A stretch of DNA of 63,069 bases, counting the filler, from Octopus bimaculoides (Eukaryota): the NCBI RefSeq assembly GCF_001194135.2. It is 9 parts of 9 records of this genome, joined end to end, with 100 filler letters (N's around TTAATTAATTAA, not from the genome) between each part and the next. Parts side by side here need not be neighbours in the genome. Positions count along the whole stretch, not along the records: positions 37,890 to 56,501 come from NC_068987.1; positions 56,602 to 58,176 come from NC_068984.1; positions 58,277 to 59,852 come from NW_026319089.1; 6 more parts are not named here. One strand, 5' to 3'. A program made the translations under genes and the position numbers. The notes under the pieces were generated by a model that worked only from the letters and a program-made list of their open reading frames with translations, was not told the origin of the DNA and ran no database searches. Below, piece by piece: positions 46,329-59,520 of the stretch; the stretch's first letter is position 1, and each line of letters begins with the position of its first letter.

Positions 46329-48430
46329 TATGTATGTATATGTGAGTGTGTGTATACGCGCGTATGTGCATATAAGTACGTTCGTACGTATGTATGTATG
46401 TATGTATATATGTATGTATGATACCAGTTGTGTGACACGAAGTTAGAAAGTGACATTTTCTTATGAACAAGTCCTTAGTGTACCAGATTGGTTTGTAGTA
46501 AACGCAGGAATATTGAATAAGATTCTGCATTGAATTCGAACTCAAGATGTGTGAATCAGGGCTTGAATATCCTTATTTTTTCATCTGTTTCAATAAAAAT
46601 TAAAAAAAATCAATTCGAAAAATTGTTTGAATTTTGTTCTAGTAAGTGTACACAATAAACTCAAATATCTTTATATTAAACCGTTTCTAAGTTTAGCACT
46701 CGTTTCATATTTGTAAGTTTAGCACAAGACTAATATTTATTTAGTCGACTGAATTCATTTTCGTATACTACGAGTATCTATTTTGTCTGTTACAAAAAAG
46801 ATGAAAGGCAAAACCAATTCCAGTGTGTTTTGAACTTAGAATATAGATAGACATTATTAGATACTTTTGAGAATAACTTTTAATTTTTTGTTTTTGTTTG
46901 AGCTATATACCGAGATTCAATTAGTATCGTTCTGTAACTTTCTCCTCCTTTATTTAGTAACAATGGATAGAGAACAAATATTTATTTATCCAAAGCATTA
47001 ATGTGTTGAATAGAATCAGCTATTCCGAGATTTCATGATTAACATTATCTATCCAGGAGTATTCAACCATATTGAACATTTCTACAGGAATCTCTATGCT
47101 ACAAGATTAACTAAATCTATTGATCATTATTGGACAACAAACAGCAAGTCATTAATATTTACTCCTGGTTGTCTTTTGCCATCATAGTTAATATGATGAT
47201 AACTAGTTTAATCTATTAATCTCGTGATAAAAATTTAAATAAATCAATAAATCCGAATTATAACAAAGAGACAAAAATAACTTTCAATATTACCAGAAAG
47301 TATACAATCATAATTCTTCATTTTATCTTTCACGGAAATGATAAATAGATTTAAAAGTTAGAAATAAGATATAAAATTAAAAAATTCTAATCATAAATCG
47401 GATACAATAGAAATATGTAAAAATAGGTCTTTATTATAAATGACTGTTTTTCTCTCGTTGGATGCCATTTCCTGCTAATATTTTACAATTCCTAGATTTT
47501 TAGTATTTCGGAATAAATATCTGTTGAGCGCTGTGAAATAACAGGTAAACTTTTCGGGGGAAAAAAATCGGTATGGTTTCAGTTCTTAGTCGGAACCGTT
47601 TCACTGTTTGTTGTATCCCAGGGAAGGGAGTCACTATACTAATAGTAAACACATGCATTGGTTCTGTCTTTTCGACCTCTCACATTCATATAAACATACA
47701 GAACCTGTAAAGTAGGAGACAAACAAACCCGAAGCAGACTTCGTTGGAGTAGAGAGGACATGTTATTGATGAGGTCGCGAACGGCGACGAAAGGGCTTTG
47801 ACAAAGCCAGCCGATTGATTGACTCAACGAATACTCAAACAATAAATCAGTGAAATGGTTAACTGGTTATCCAATTAATTGATTAATAAGAATAAGAAGT
47901 AAAATAGAACTAGTAAGTGTGTTTATCGTTGGCATAACGACCCTCTCGAAATACACGGAAATATGTTTCAACACGAGCTCACATCAAGAATCATGGAAAC
48001 CAAATACGGAAACGAAATCATTTCACTTTATTTAATCCGCTAATAATCATGGTGAGGCTGTGAATATCGTCACTTCCGATTCATTCCCACATTTCCTAAA
48101 TTACCCGATATAGAACCTTTGATCAAAAGAAATCAGTTTACTATAAACCTGACTGAACATTCACAATCAATGAAAATGTTAAGAATCAATATTTGATGGT
48201 TGGATGAAATGTTCTAAGAACTGAATTTAGTTGGAAGCTCCCAGAGACGCTGTAAATTTCCACCATGCTAAATCTGGGATGAAGGTTCGGTTCTCAGTTA
48301 AATTATTTCATTCGTTTCTTATGACCGTGTTTTCTGGTTATAGTTATTAACCTAGAGATGTCTCCTGCCAATAGCTTGAAAAGGGCCTCAGTAGTTTTCT
48401 GTGCTTCACATACAATATCTTGGAAAAGGC

Positions 48431-48605
48431 CATAACAACGAGAGGTGTCCATTGTTAATATCAGGAAAGGCTCATAGTCGATAGACAGGAACTATTCATA
48501 GTAAATAGTTGAGAGCGGTCCATAGTTAATAGGTAACAAAAACCCTTCGTTAATAGTCAGGTGAGAAGCCATAGTCAGTCGGCGGGAGAAAACCCACAAT
48601 CAATA
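48431..48605. repeat. Degenerate ~24-bp tandem array (8 units)
   Basis: Core catagttaata-like motif at 48431, 48450, 48473, 48497, 48521, 48545, 48570 and 48595, separated by diverged purine-rich spacers. Confidence 0.65.
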
Positions 48606-50241
48606 ACGAGGTAGGCTTGTCTTTTACACCCGAAAGATAAATATGAGTCTGACGTCCTCAGTGTTGATTTAGTCACATGACAAAAAACAATCGGAGTCAA
48701 TTGAATCTCTACACTGATATTTCTTTCATTGACAAAATAGGGATTTGCCTGAATAAATGCTCAAAATGTTCAGTGAGAGAAGTATTTACTAGTATATAAT
48801 CGCCATATAATCCAAATGACTGTGTCATTTAAGTGATGGACAATCTGCTGAAAAGAAGCCATTTTGAATTTTTAAAGTGTGACTGACTTACAAGTTCGTC
48901 TAACTTAGTGAATTTAGGAGCCACTGAGTAAGATAAATTTGTCAAAGTAGTAACCAGCGGAATAACTGAAAATTTATATGAATATTCACAGAGAAGAGAT
49001 ACCATATCGTCTTGAGTGATCAACTATTGATGGTTACGGCTCTTGATTGATAGACAACTGATCAATCATCCAAGAAAGACAGACGTTGTTGGAAGATTGA
49101 ATTTTCGATTTACGAGCGTTTTTGTGGTTATATTCATAACAAGTCAACGAGTATGAGTGTCACTAGAAACGAAGTGAGGTTTAGAAAAGTATGAGCATTA
49201 TTCTATCTTATTTCTTCTCTTCTTCAAAAGAATGTACAATTCCTAGATAAAGAAAACTAATGTTTCTAACCTCAGTGATGATTGAGGGCTGTGAAGCAAG
49301 ATGTCGGTATTCAGGAAATCAAGAACTCCGCGCAGTTTCAATCTCGGGCCAGTCACATCATTTCATCTTTCTTTTTAAAAACGATTTTGTCCTAAACAAG
49401 GCTTGAGACCACTCTAGTGTAAGGGACTAGAAAAAGAGAGGCCCAACAAATTCAAAAGATGTCGATTGACAGAAAGTTTAAAGGACTGAATATAATGGAC
49501 CAGAGGACAGCAAGATGATGATAATGAGTTCCAGAGAATAGAAATTTGAAGAATAAAAAAATTTATGACTAACAAGAAGCTCAACAGAAAAAAACTACGC
49601 GCCCGGGAAGAGAAGATGACGCGTTTAATATCTTTCAAAACAAAAACGATATGGTAAAGTCTTGTCTCTTCAAAATATGAAGTCTTTACTCAAAAATAAA
49701 AAAGCAATGGTTTTCATTTTGGTCGAGTAAAAATTCTGTTACCGACCTGCAAAGTTTGAGACGATTTTTTCAGGGCTGAAATCACTTCAGTAAACGTTTG
49801 TCAAAGAAATCATTTGGGAAGACATACAAATCAAAGTTTCAAGTTCCTCCCACTTTAATCTATAAAAAATTGTATTTAATTAACAGAACTCTGAAACCAA
49901 CGCCTAACGATATTCCTGCCTTCCAAATAATAAACATTTGATATTTTTTGTTGCTAGAACGAATCAATTCATTCATCAATAAAACTAAAAATTTGGTTTA
50001 GAACTAAATTCCCAACAAATCGATTCCAAATTGTTATATTTTCCTTCGGTTACACCCCACTAATTCTTGGTCTGGGTTCAAAATGTCAAAACCTCCCGTT
50101 TCCCTATCTCCTAAAAGGATCAACTTTAATATCTTAGTTGAAAATAATTATCTGGAAAATCAATGCTATCAAATCAACCCTATTATGTTTTAAAAGCCTG
50201 AAAACAAAATGCAACAGCAATGTATAATGGTGAGAAGTGAG

Positions 50242-50440
50242 AAAGCGAGTTGGCAGAATCGTTATCTCGCCGGACAAAATTCTTAGAGGCATTTTCTTCT
50301 GAGTTCAAATTCCGCCGAGGTCGACTTTGCCCTTCATCCCTTCCGGGGTCGATAAAATAAGTACCAGTCGAACACTGGGATCGATTTAATCAACTTAGCC
50401 CCTTCTCTGAAATTGCTGGGCTTGTGACAAAATTTGAAAC
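50242..50440 (+). mobile_element. SINE family C (tRNA-like head plus conserved core)
   Basis: gcgagttggcagaatcgtt...ctgagttcaaattccgccgaggtcgactttgcccttcatcccttccggggtcgataaaataagtaccag; further copies at ~13690-13790, 39122-39210 and 50750-50880 (minus). Confidence 0.85.
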
Positions 50441-51064
50441 CAATATATAGTGGTGAGTGATGAGTGATGAGTTGCGAATCGATTCACTGAAAAGTTCATT
50501 TCAACATTGACAAGAAAACAGTTTTGTAAGGCGGAAGGATCAGTGTTCATGACACTTCATAATCTTTTGAGACTGGTGAGATTAATATACTTAAATTGGC
50601 CCTACTCAGTAAGAGGTTATTTTTTATAGACGACGGTCTAGATGGGATTTTAAACTCGAAGCGTACAGAGCTGGAATAAATATTGCTAGACATCCGCCAT
50701 TCGACTTACAAACAGGGCCACCAATCCAATTTCATGTATTGATGCTTTATTTATCGCCCCCCCCCCCGAGCGGATGAAAGGGAAACTTGACCTTGTTGTG
50801 ATCTGAGCTCAGAGCACAATGAGCCGGAACAAAAATCCCGCATGGATATGGTATGACGCTAAAACGTTTCTGCCAATTCCCCGCATTTAACTGAAAAGAA
50901 AGACAAGAATGAATCTGGAGTAGCAATCACCCGTTTCAATAAATTTGTTTAAAACCAGAAAGAAAGATTTATAAGTCTTATATTTCATGTAAAGAAACAT
51001 ATCAATTGCTGCTATATCAACGACTTAGAAAAGACATAACTGACCAGTTTCTCTTGCATTTTAT

Positions 51065-51436
51065 CTTTCATTTGTTTCGGTCATTGGATTGCGGCCATGC
51101 TGTGGCATCGCATTTTAGGGTTTAGTCGAACAAATTTCCCCCTGTACCTAGTACTCATTCTATCTTTATCTTTTGTCGAAAAGCTACATTACGGGGATGT
51201 AAACAAACCAACACCGGTTGTCAGTCTGAGGTTGGGAACAAACATCACACACACGCACGCACGCACATACGCACGCGCGCATATATATACAACGGGCTTC
51301 CACACAGTTTTCGTCTATCAAATCCACTCACAACGCTTTTGATCGGATTGAGACTGTAGCGGAAGACACTTGCCCAAAGTGCCGTGCAATGAGACTGAAC
51401 TCAAGGCCACATAGCTGTGAAGCAAACTTCTGAACG
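51065..51436 (-). mobile_element. SINE family A, diverged full copy
   Basis: tttgtttcggtcattggattgcggccatgctgtggcatcg...ttacggggatgtaaac...aagacacttgcccaaagtgccgtgcaatgagactgaac. Confidence 0.85.
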
Positions 51437-52089
51437 CCTGTTGACAAATGACACAAGAATGACGTAATATTTAAATCTACGTTAAAGGACTGAGTTTTAT
51501 TCAAACTTCCAATCATAGCGGTTCCACGGGAAGTCACTGGAATTGAAGCCAAAGAATCGTCTGAAAGGAAGTAATCTGAACAAAATTATACGAGTTTAAA
51601 GCATAGTAATAGAAGAGGCAAAGATCAAAGGCGAGAACTTCCCGAGAAGAATATTAAAAAGAGGTTCAAATGCTTTCGAAGTAATTCTAGCGATTCTATT
51701 TTAGAAATATTCAATTTGAAGTAGGGAATGCTCAGCGTAATAGCCATAAATGAATTAGACATTTTGCGATGTTATAATTTTAAGTTCTTCGTAATTTAAC
51801 TGATCAAATATCAAGAAATATTCAATGTACAGCAAATAATGTTCGATATGGTAGATGTAAAAGTATTCTTCATTTTACCATTCATTGCATATGCTCAATA
51901 AACAACAGACGTCATTGCTGCTTATAAAGGCAATGAATAATGATACCTGGTGAATTTATGTTTTTTTTCTCGAGGCCAGTAATTTATAAAGTCGGTTACC
52001 AGGTTTTCATGGCGTATCAGCGACTGACATCACAACATTCTCAGAGTGGAATACCGGTTTAGTACAGGGTTCAAGGCCAGTCAATTTGA

Positions 52090-52265
52090 ATGGAGGGGGT
52101 CAAGTCAATTCCATCAACCCAAGTATTTGACTGGTACTCTATTGTATCAATTCCGAAGAAATGTAAGGCAAAGCTGGAAGGATATGAACTCAGAACGTAA
52201 AGAGCCGGAAGAAACGCCGCTAAGCGTTTTGTCCAACGTGCTGCCGATTTCGCTAGCTCGCCATC
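52090..52265 (-). mobile_element. SINE family C
   Basis: tttgactggtactctattgtatcaattccgaaga...gaactcagaacgtaaagagcc...ccgctaagcgttttgtccaacgtgctgccgatttcgctagctcgcc. Confidence 0.75.
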
Positions 52266-53559
52266 TTAGTCATTCAGCAGCTAATGGTAAGTTTCTGAAA
52301 GTAGTCCATTTTATTATAGCTTTCTAACTTTATTATTAGTAGCATACTAAAAATACAGTAACCTGTTGGTAATTTCTCCGTCAACTTTTTATTGATTCCA
52401 AAAGTTCAATAAATGTCATTGATACAAGGCTTGGAACACATCAATGAAACGTCAGCACTATATTTTTCCTTATAGTTATCGGCTAACAAAAAATAATTGG
52501 AAAATTAATTACTGATGTTAAACTTCATAATTAAAATTGTATGACAAAATTTTGAGTAATTAATAGATGAGGATCGGCAATGTTACACCTAAAAGTGCTC
52601 AAGTCTTTGGATCTAATTTATTTTAAGCATCGACCAACATGGGAATGTAAATTAAAGAAATATTTATTATTAGCTCAAGTGAAAATAAACTTCTTACTAT
52701 TATAACTTATTGAAACAAGCGTTTCTTCAAAACTTCGTCCGACATCTTCTCAGTTGATAGACTCTGGCAATGGATTCTCTCGTCACTGCGACAAACGAGG
52801 AATAAGTATGATAGAGCTGCATTGTGTAGGGCTGTGGAAATAGGCCATTACCCTTTGACCACCTCTGTGCAGGGTCAAAGTTGAAGACTTCCAGTAATAT
52901 CCTCTACTTGTTTCCGTTGCCTTTTTTCCCAATGGCCACTGGGCTTATGAAGAAAGTGTGATGGAAGAGGTGCTGGTGCCTTCGTTTGCTGAACAACTCG
53001 GACGAGGAATACTGCTACAGTGGGCATACTGTATGCAGAACCAGTCTCACACTCTTGTCCTTCAAACATGTACTGGCCTGGTGTAACAAGTGCCAAAACC
53101 TCAGTAGTTACTCGGATGCAGGACTGGTACGAAGTTACTTTCTCTTAGATGAGCAGTTAAAGGGCTGAAGTCTCACATTTGTCCTGGGTCTGTCGGGGTA
53201 TTTGTAAGTGACGTACTTCCGCTGGCAATTCTGTGGCATACTAATTAACTCATAAGAAGGACCCCGGTGGGTGCTACAAATCCAAATCAGAAGAGGCCAG
53301 GGAACGATTGTGATCAACAGGTGGTTCCACACTCCTCAAAACACTGGAACTTCCGAACTAGGGTCCTACTATCAGATAATTTTTAAGGTCTTACCCAGGA
53401 CAACCTTTTTCAGGAACAAGAGATAAAAACAGCTTTCTTTGGTGGTTTTCTTTAGCTGATCTAAAGATATTAAGCCTTATCAAAAAAGCTGGAGAGATCT
53501 TCTGTTAAACCATTCTGAAAAAATAAATGACAGCTTGAAAACTGATGCTGATGTCTTAT

Positions 53560-53930
53560 TGCTTTCTTGTTCCAGTCATTAGACTGCAACCATTCTGGGA
53601 CACCACTTTCAAGAATTTTAACGGAACGTGTCGACCCTAGAGCACTTAATTTTTAAAGCCCGGTACTTATTCTATTGATCTTTTTTGCCAAACTGCTAAG
53701 TTACGAGGATGTAAACACAACAACACCAGTTGTCAAATAGTGTTGGTGAAAACACACACATACACATATATACAACGGGCTTCCATAGTTTCCGTTTACC
53801 AAATCATCTCAAAGGCTTTGTTCATCCCGACGCTTTCGTAGAAGACACTTCCCCAAGGTGCCATGCAGTGGGAGCGAACTTGGAAACATGTGGGTGGGAA
53901 GCTTACTTCTTAACCACACAGCCAAACCGG
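53560..53930 (-). mobile_element. SINE family A, diverged
   Basis: ttgttccagtcattagactgcaaccattctggg...ctgctaagttacgaggatgtaaacac...gaagacacttccccaaggtgccatgcagtggg. Confidence 0.8.
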
Positions 53931-54927
53931 TGTCCATTTACGAAGAGCAAATTTATTCAAGACAAGTATCTTTGACTCACTTCTGATGGAATGTTGAGTG
54001 GCAAACTTGATAGGATGAGAATTTCATTAGATAGGGTTTTTAGAAGCATCGTTTCAAATTACTCCATTCATTCCTCATAACGGAATGATTCAGTATAAGA
54101 GAGGAATTTTGGAACTGATTTAAAGACTGAAATGTTTTAGAACATAATAAAACTGGAATATAACTGGAATACGATCAGCTATGTTAGGCATGGTATTGTC
54201 GCATTTAGCTCTAAACAAAAATATAAAATGAAAACTTCAAACTACATTGCATTGCTTGTAAAACTGGGGATTTCCATTAAATAAAGACAAACGGCCTGTT
54301 TAGCATCATAAAAATATATAATTTATGGGTCAAACGCTTACGGATAAAAGAATTTCAACTGTAAAAAGGAAAGCTATTACAGAAGCTAAATCTCCGAAAA
54401 TTATTATTGAATCGTGAGGTTTAAAACGAGTTTGTATAAAATGATAAGCAATTGGTAAAATTTGTTAGAACTTCTGAATAGGTTACTGCATGGAGATTGG
54501 AACCAAATGCCAATTCGCAGAAAAAGAGTTTTCCATTAAATCAACAATGAATTGCCTGAAGTAATATTTTATCGTTTTTTAAACGTTAATTCTAAAATAG
54601 CTTTAATAGTCGATTTTAAACCAATGAATGGAACTAGACGTTGACATATAGGAAGAAAAGAATTTAGTGAATATTATATCTTTTGTTAGTGACAAACCAA
54701 TATTTTTTGAAAGACTCTATTCACAAAGAGAATGAGAAAGACTTAGAAAGTGCATGTGATCATTTCCAAATATCTTTTTGGAATTGAAAAACAGATCACG
54801 AACCTCGTCTACACAATATTTTCAAGGGAGTTTAGTTGATGGGTTCTGAGACGACAAATGTTTAACCTTTTCGTAAAAGGTGTGCAAAAATCATTCAATA
54901 TTACTGTTTCTTTATCGCATCTCAGTG

Positions 54928-55295
54928 AAGGCAGCGAGCTGGCAGAAACGTTAGCAGGTTAGCTTTTCATCCTTTCGGGGTCGATTAAATAAGTACCAGT
55001 TACGCACTGGGGTCGATATAATCGACTTAACCCGTTTGTCTGTCCTTGTTTGTCACCTCTGTGTGTAGCCCCTTGTGGGCAGTAAAGAAATAAGAAACGT
55101 TAGCGCGCCGGGCGAAATGCTTAGTGGTATTTCGTCTGTCTTTACGTTCTGAGTTCAAATTCCGCCGAGGTCGACTTTGTCTTTCATCCTTTCGGGGTCG
55201 ATTAGATAAGCACCAGTTACGCACTGGGGCCGATATAATTGACTGGCCCCTTTCCTCCAAAATGTCGGGCTTTGTGTCTACAGTAGAAAAGATTA
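54928..55295 (+). mobile_element. SINE family C, tandem/composite copy with the core present twice
   Basis: ctttcatcctttcggggtcgatta.ataag.accagttacgcactgggg.cgatataat occurs at ~54963 and ~55181, separated by tttgtctgtccttgtttgtcacctctgtgtgtagccccttgtgggc. Confidence 0.85.
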
Positions 55296-55505
55296 TTGCA
55301 TCTTAGTAATGAAAATGGAATTATTCCATTTAAAGGTGAACAGCACAATTTGTTTTAGACAAGAATTCAGTTCCACCCTGAGTGTAACTAATATGATAGC
55401 TATAAAAAAATTTCCATGTTCAAGCAACTAACTCAATCTTTCGAAAGGTCTCTGGAATAACTTTACACGACAAGGTGCTTATCTCGGAGATCATGAAGTT
55501 TCTCT

Positions 55506-55765
55506 AGGTGGAGCTGCTGTTTCTCCGCATTGAGACGTCACAATTCGGATACTACGGAAATGTGATTAGAATGTTACAGGAAAGAATCCCAAAATGGATC
55601 GTTGAAACGGAGCCAATGGACAGGAAACCAGGGGTAAACCAAGAACAAAATGGTTGGATAACATCCATAGTCTTAGTTGGTCACACTTGGGAATTCAGAT
55701 GGAAAGTATGACAGCTGTTTCTGATAGGACTCTATGGGTGGGGGATGTCTGAGGATTCTACCCCG
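55506..55765 (+). pseudogene. RTE-clade LINE C-terminal fragment (different family from the 12119 copy)
   Basis: LLFLRIETSQFGYYGNVIRMLQERIPK..RKP.GKPRTKWLDNIHSLSWSHLGI resembles the RTE W.GHV.RM..RP.GRPR.RW motif. Confidence 0.8.
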
Positions 55766-56204
55766 ACGATATTTCCAGGAATAGTGAGCAGAGAAAATGG
55801 ATGGGGAGGATGGATGGTTAGAGGAGCAATTTTAGAAAATATTTGGAATGATCAGATTTTAACAAATTCTCAATTTGAAAGTTCAAAACCGCAATATTAG
55901 TTCTGTTTGCAAGTAAACATGTCATTCTTAAGGAACTTAGAAATAATCCATTAAGCCTTGACGTTACAGATTATCAAAGAATCTTAAGAAGCAAAAGAAT
56001 CTTGTGTTGTTGTTCTTTTGCCCTGGATTATCGATCATCGATCAGACTTATGATCAAAAGTGTGTTGTAGCCTTAACTGTCGCATCTTCTTGCTTGTATA
56101 CCAGAGAGTACGTTGTTCGATGTACATTCTCTTAAAATTCTAGATGGTGGGCTTTGGTTTCAGAGATATCTGGTTGCTATTTCTAGTAGGTTTAGTAACG
56201 ACGT

Positions 56205-56501
56205 GTGGAAGCGCAATGGCCCAGTGGTTAGGGCAGTGGACTCGTGGTCGTAGGATGGCGGTTTCGATTCCCAGACCGGGCGTTGTGAGTGTTTATTGAG
56301 CGAAAACACCTAAAGTTCCACAAGGCTCCGGCAGGGGATGGTGGTGAACCCTGCTGTACTCTTTCACCACAACTTTCTCTCACTCTTTCTTCTTGTTTCT
56401 GTTGTACCTGTATTTCAAAGGGTCAGCCTTGTCACACTGTGTCACGCTGAATCTCCCCGAGAACTACGTTAAGGGTACATGTGTCTGTGGAGTGCTCAGC
56501 C
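56205..56501 (+). mobile_element. SINE family B
   Basis: gtggaagcgcaatggcccagtggttagggcagtggactcgtggtcgtaggatggcggtttcgattcccagaccggg (A/B-box tRNA-like head), running into a gap. Confidence 0.9.
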
Positions 56502-56644
56502 NNNNNNNNNNNNNNNNNNNNNNNNNNNNNNNNNNNNNNNNNNNNTTAATTAATTAANNNNNNNNNNNNNNNNNNNNNNNNNNNNNNNNNNNNNNNNNNN
56601 NATATATATATATATAGATAGATAGATATAACTCGATTTAGTCA

Positions 56645-56995
56645 TAATATTGCAGCCATGCTGGAGCAGCGCCTTGAAGAATTCTTTGTTGAAATGAATG
56701 AAACCCAGTTTTTATTATTTATTTAGCAGTCTGGTACTTATTCTACCCGTCACTTTTGCCGAACCGCTAAAGTACGAGGAGGTAAACACACCAACACCGG
56801 ATGTCAAAGATACACAATCACACACACACATACGACGAGAAATGTTTAGTCTCCGTCTGTCAAATCCACTCACAAGGTTTTAGTCGACCCGTGGCTATAG
56901 TAGAAGAGATTTGCCCTGGGTGCCACGGAGTGGGACTGAACCGGAAACCATGTGGTTGGGAAGCAAGCTTCTTAGCACACAGACACGCGTGCGCC
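56645..56995 (-). mobile_element. SINE family A
   Basis: gcagccatgctggagcagcgccttgaag...gaaccgctaaagtacgaggaggtaaacacacc...gggactgaaccggaaaccatgtggttgggaagcaagc. Confidence 0.85.
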
Positions 56996-57329
56996 GATAT
57001 ATATGTATATATACATGTGTGTATGTGTGTGTGTGTTTGTGTGTGTGTGTGTAGAGTGAGAGAGAGAAAGAGAAAGACGGGAAGAGAGAGAGAGAGACAG
57101 ACAGACTGAGATAGAGAGAAAAGAGAGAAAGCGTTCATAAATTGTATACATACAGGTAATTTTAATAATGTTTTTTTTTTATTCAATAAATGAAACTTAG
57201 AGACGATAGGCGTTTATAGCGTTATTTTTTGCATATTTAGACATATGTGAGAAAATACAGAATAATAAAAAATTTCAGAGTTATTCAGCTTTTGTATGAA
57301 TATATTTATATTATTAGAATGGAATTTAA

Positions 57330-58698
57330 AGGTAGCGAACTGACAGAATCGGTAGTACGCACGAGAAAATTATTTGCGAATTTCGTCTTTACATTCTGAG
57401 TTCAAATTCCACCGAGGTTGGCTTTACCTATCATCCATTTCTGGATTAACTAAATATAATACCAGTTAAGCATTGTTGTTGACCTAATCAAATGTCGCTT
57501 TTTCCCAAAAAACTTTTCTCAGCACAAAATAGCGTAGAGTTATGCACGATTTGTGAATCTCAGTCCTAAAGCATAAAAACACAAGAAACGAAGTAATACT
57601 CACATATCGGGAGCGTAATACGTTTCCCCGTGGGATCCAACGAATGCACCAACTAAAACAGCAGGGAAAACTGGAAAGCAGCAGAGAATTAATGGTCAGC
57701 AATATTATAGACATTGTATGGTGTTATATGTTTCATTCATTACACTGCGGCCACACTGGGGCACCGCCTTCAGGAATTTTTGTCGAACGAATCGATCCCT
57801 GTAATTATTGTATCAGTCGCATTGGCCGAGCCGTTAAACTACGGGACGTAAATACACAATACACACACACACACACACCCACCCTAACAAATATATATAT
57901 ATATATATATATAAGATTGACCAGTGACCGGTCTGTCAATATGCTAGAAGAAGCTCACTTAAAAAATTCTCAAATACGGATTCAGCGGAGCAAAAACAGG
58001 CGGGCTAGACCAGTGAAAATTGTACATACCTCGATTATCTGCAGACTATAGTTTCAAAATCAATACTTGCTAAATAAAAGTATCTATTTATCATCAGTAC
58101 AGATTGCCGATATAATCGAACAGAATCTCGTGCTAGTTGTCTTCAACCAGTGAAAACGTGCACGTGATTCTATCCANNNNNNNNNNNNNNNNNNNNNNNN
58201 NNNNNNNNNNNNNNNNNNNNTTAATTAATTAANNNNNNNNNNNNNNNNNNNNNNNNNNNNNNNNNNNNNNNNNNNNCGCGCTTGTATGTGTATGTTTATA
58301 TGCCGGTGTAATATTGCGTTGTGGAGTATTTCCTCCTGCATCGTAGTCCGATTGCCTGGTTGAAGTAGTTGAAAACATCTTATCAGACATCTCTTTTGAA
58401 AATGAAAGAACTGTTTTATCTAAAACATTGACAAGAACTACATCATCATCATCATCATCATCGTCATCATCGGCATCATCATCATCAACAACAACTCTTT
58501 CTACTAAAGGAACAAGTCCTGAAAAAATTTGGGGCAGGGTGATACACGATTCTATCGATACCCAAGTCTGGCCCTTATTTCCTCAACACCCAAAGGGTGA
58601 AAGACAGATACAACCTCGGCGAACTCAGAACGTAAAGACGGATCAGATGCTGTTAAACATTTTCTCCGGCAGGTTAACGTTTCTCCCAGCTCTCAGCT

Positions 58699-58769
<71 letters not shown>

Positions 58770-59520
58770 CCTTTCTACTAAATGCACAAGGCCTGAAATT
58801 TGGAGGAGACGGGACTAGTCGATTACATCGACTCCAGTGTTTCACTGATACTTAATTTAACGACATCGGAAGGATCATCGGCGAAATTCGAACTCAGAAC
58901 GTAGCAGCAGACGAAATGTTGCTAAGCATTTCGCCCGGCCTGTATATATGTATTTTAATACTTTTGTGACAACCTGTACTTAACACTACAAAGCTTATAT
59001 AAAGCTTTATATTTTACTTTTGACAATCTTTTTCTAAAAAGGTGAAACCAGTAAAGTGAATAAACATCTTTAAAATTGCATTTTCAAACTTTCTTTGTTT
59101 TCTCAATGCTTGAGTGTTCGTTTATTTTAATGATCCCAGAAGGCTTAAAGCCAAAGCTGACCTAGAATTTGAGCTTAGAAGTTAAAGTGTTATAACTAAA
59201 TATCATAAGGTATTTTGTCCGACGCTTTACCAATTCTGACACTTACTGCTTCCAATTAGGAAAACCCTGTAAAAATATTCTTTCTATTATAGGCACAAGG
59301 CCTGAAATTTTGGGGTAGGGGGCTAGTCGATTACATCAACTCTAGTACTTGACTGGTACTTATTTTATCGATCCAAAAGTGATGAAAGGCAAACTTTACT
59401 TCGGCGGGATTTGAACTCAGAACACAAAGACCGACGAAATACCGCTAAGCGGACGACGAAATACAGTTAAGACAGACGAAATATCGGTAAGCATTTTGTC
59501 CTGCGTGCTACCGGCTCACC
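57330..59520. mobile_element. Cluster of SINE family C copies (57330-57510 +; 58500-58690, 58770-58940 and 59290-59520 -) plus a family A tail (57725-57945 -)
   Basis: Repeated gaactcagaac/ttctgagttcaaattcc and cacaaggcctgaaatt(t)tgg motifs. Confidence 0.75.
58701..58769. repeat. (AAT)23 microsatellite
   Basis: Direct reading; source of the poly-N ORF. Confidence 0.95.

Noticed and set aside
52780-53340. GC-balanced, coding-like region with several short ORFs
   Set aside because: No frame gave a convincing motif; probably a decayed retroelement fragment, but I cannot assign it without a search.
56205-56285. tRNA-like sequences (also 38105, 62575 and others)
   Set aside because: They are SINE heads followed by SINE bodies; no intact cloverleaf with a proper acceptor stem and terminator.
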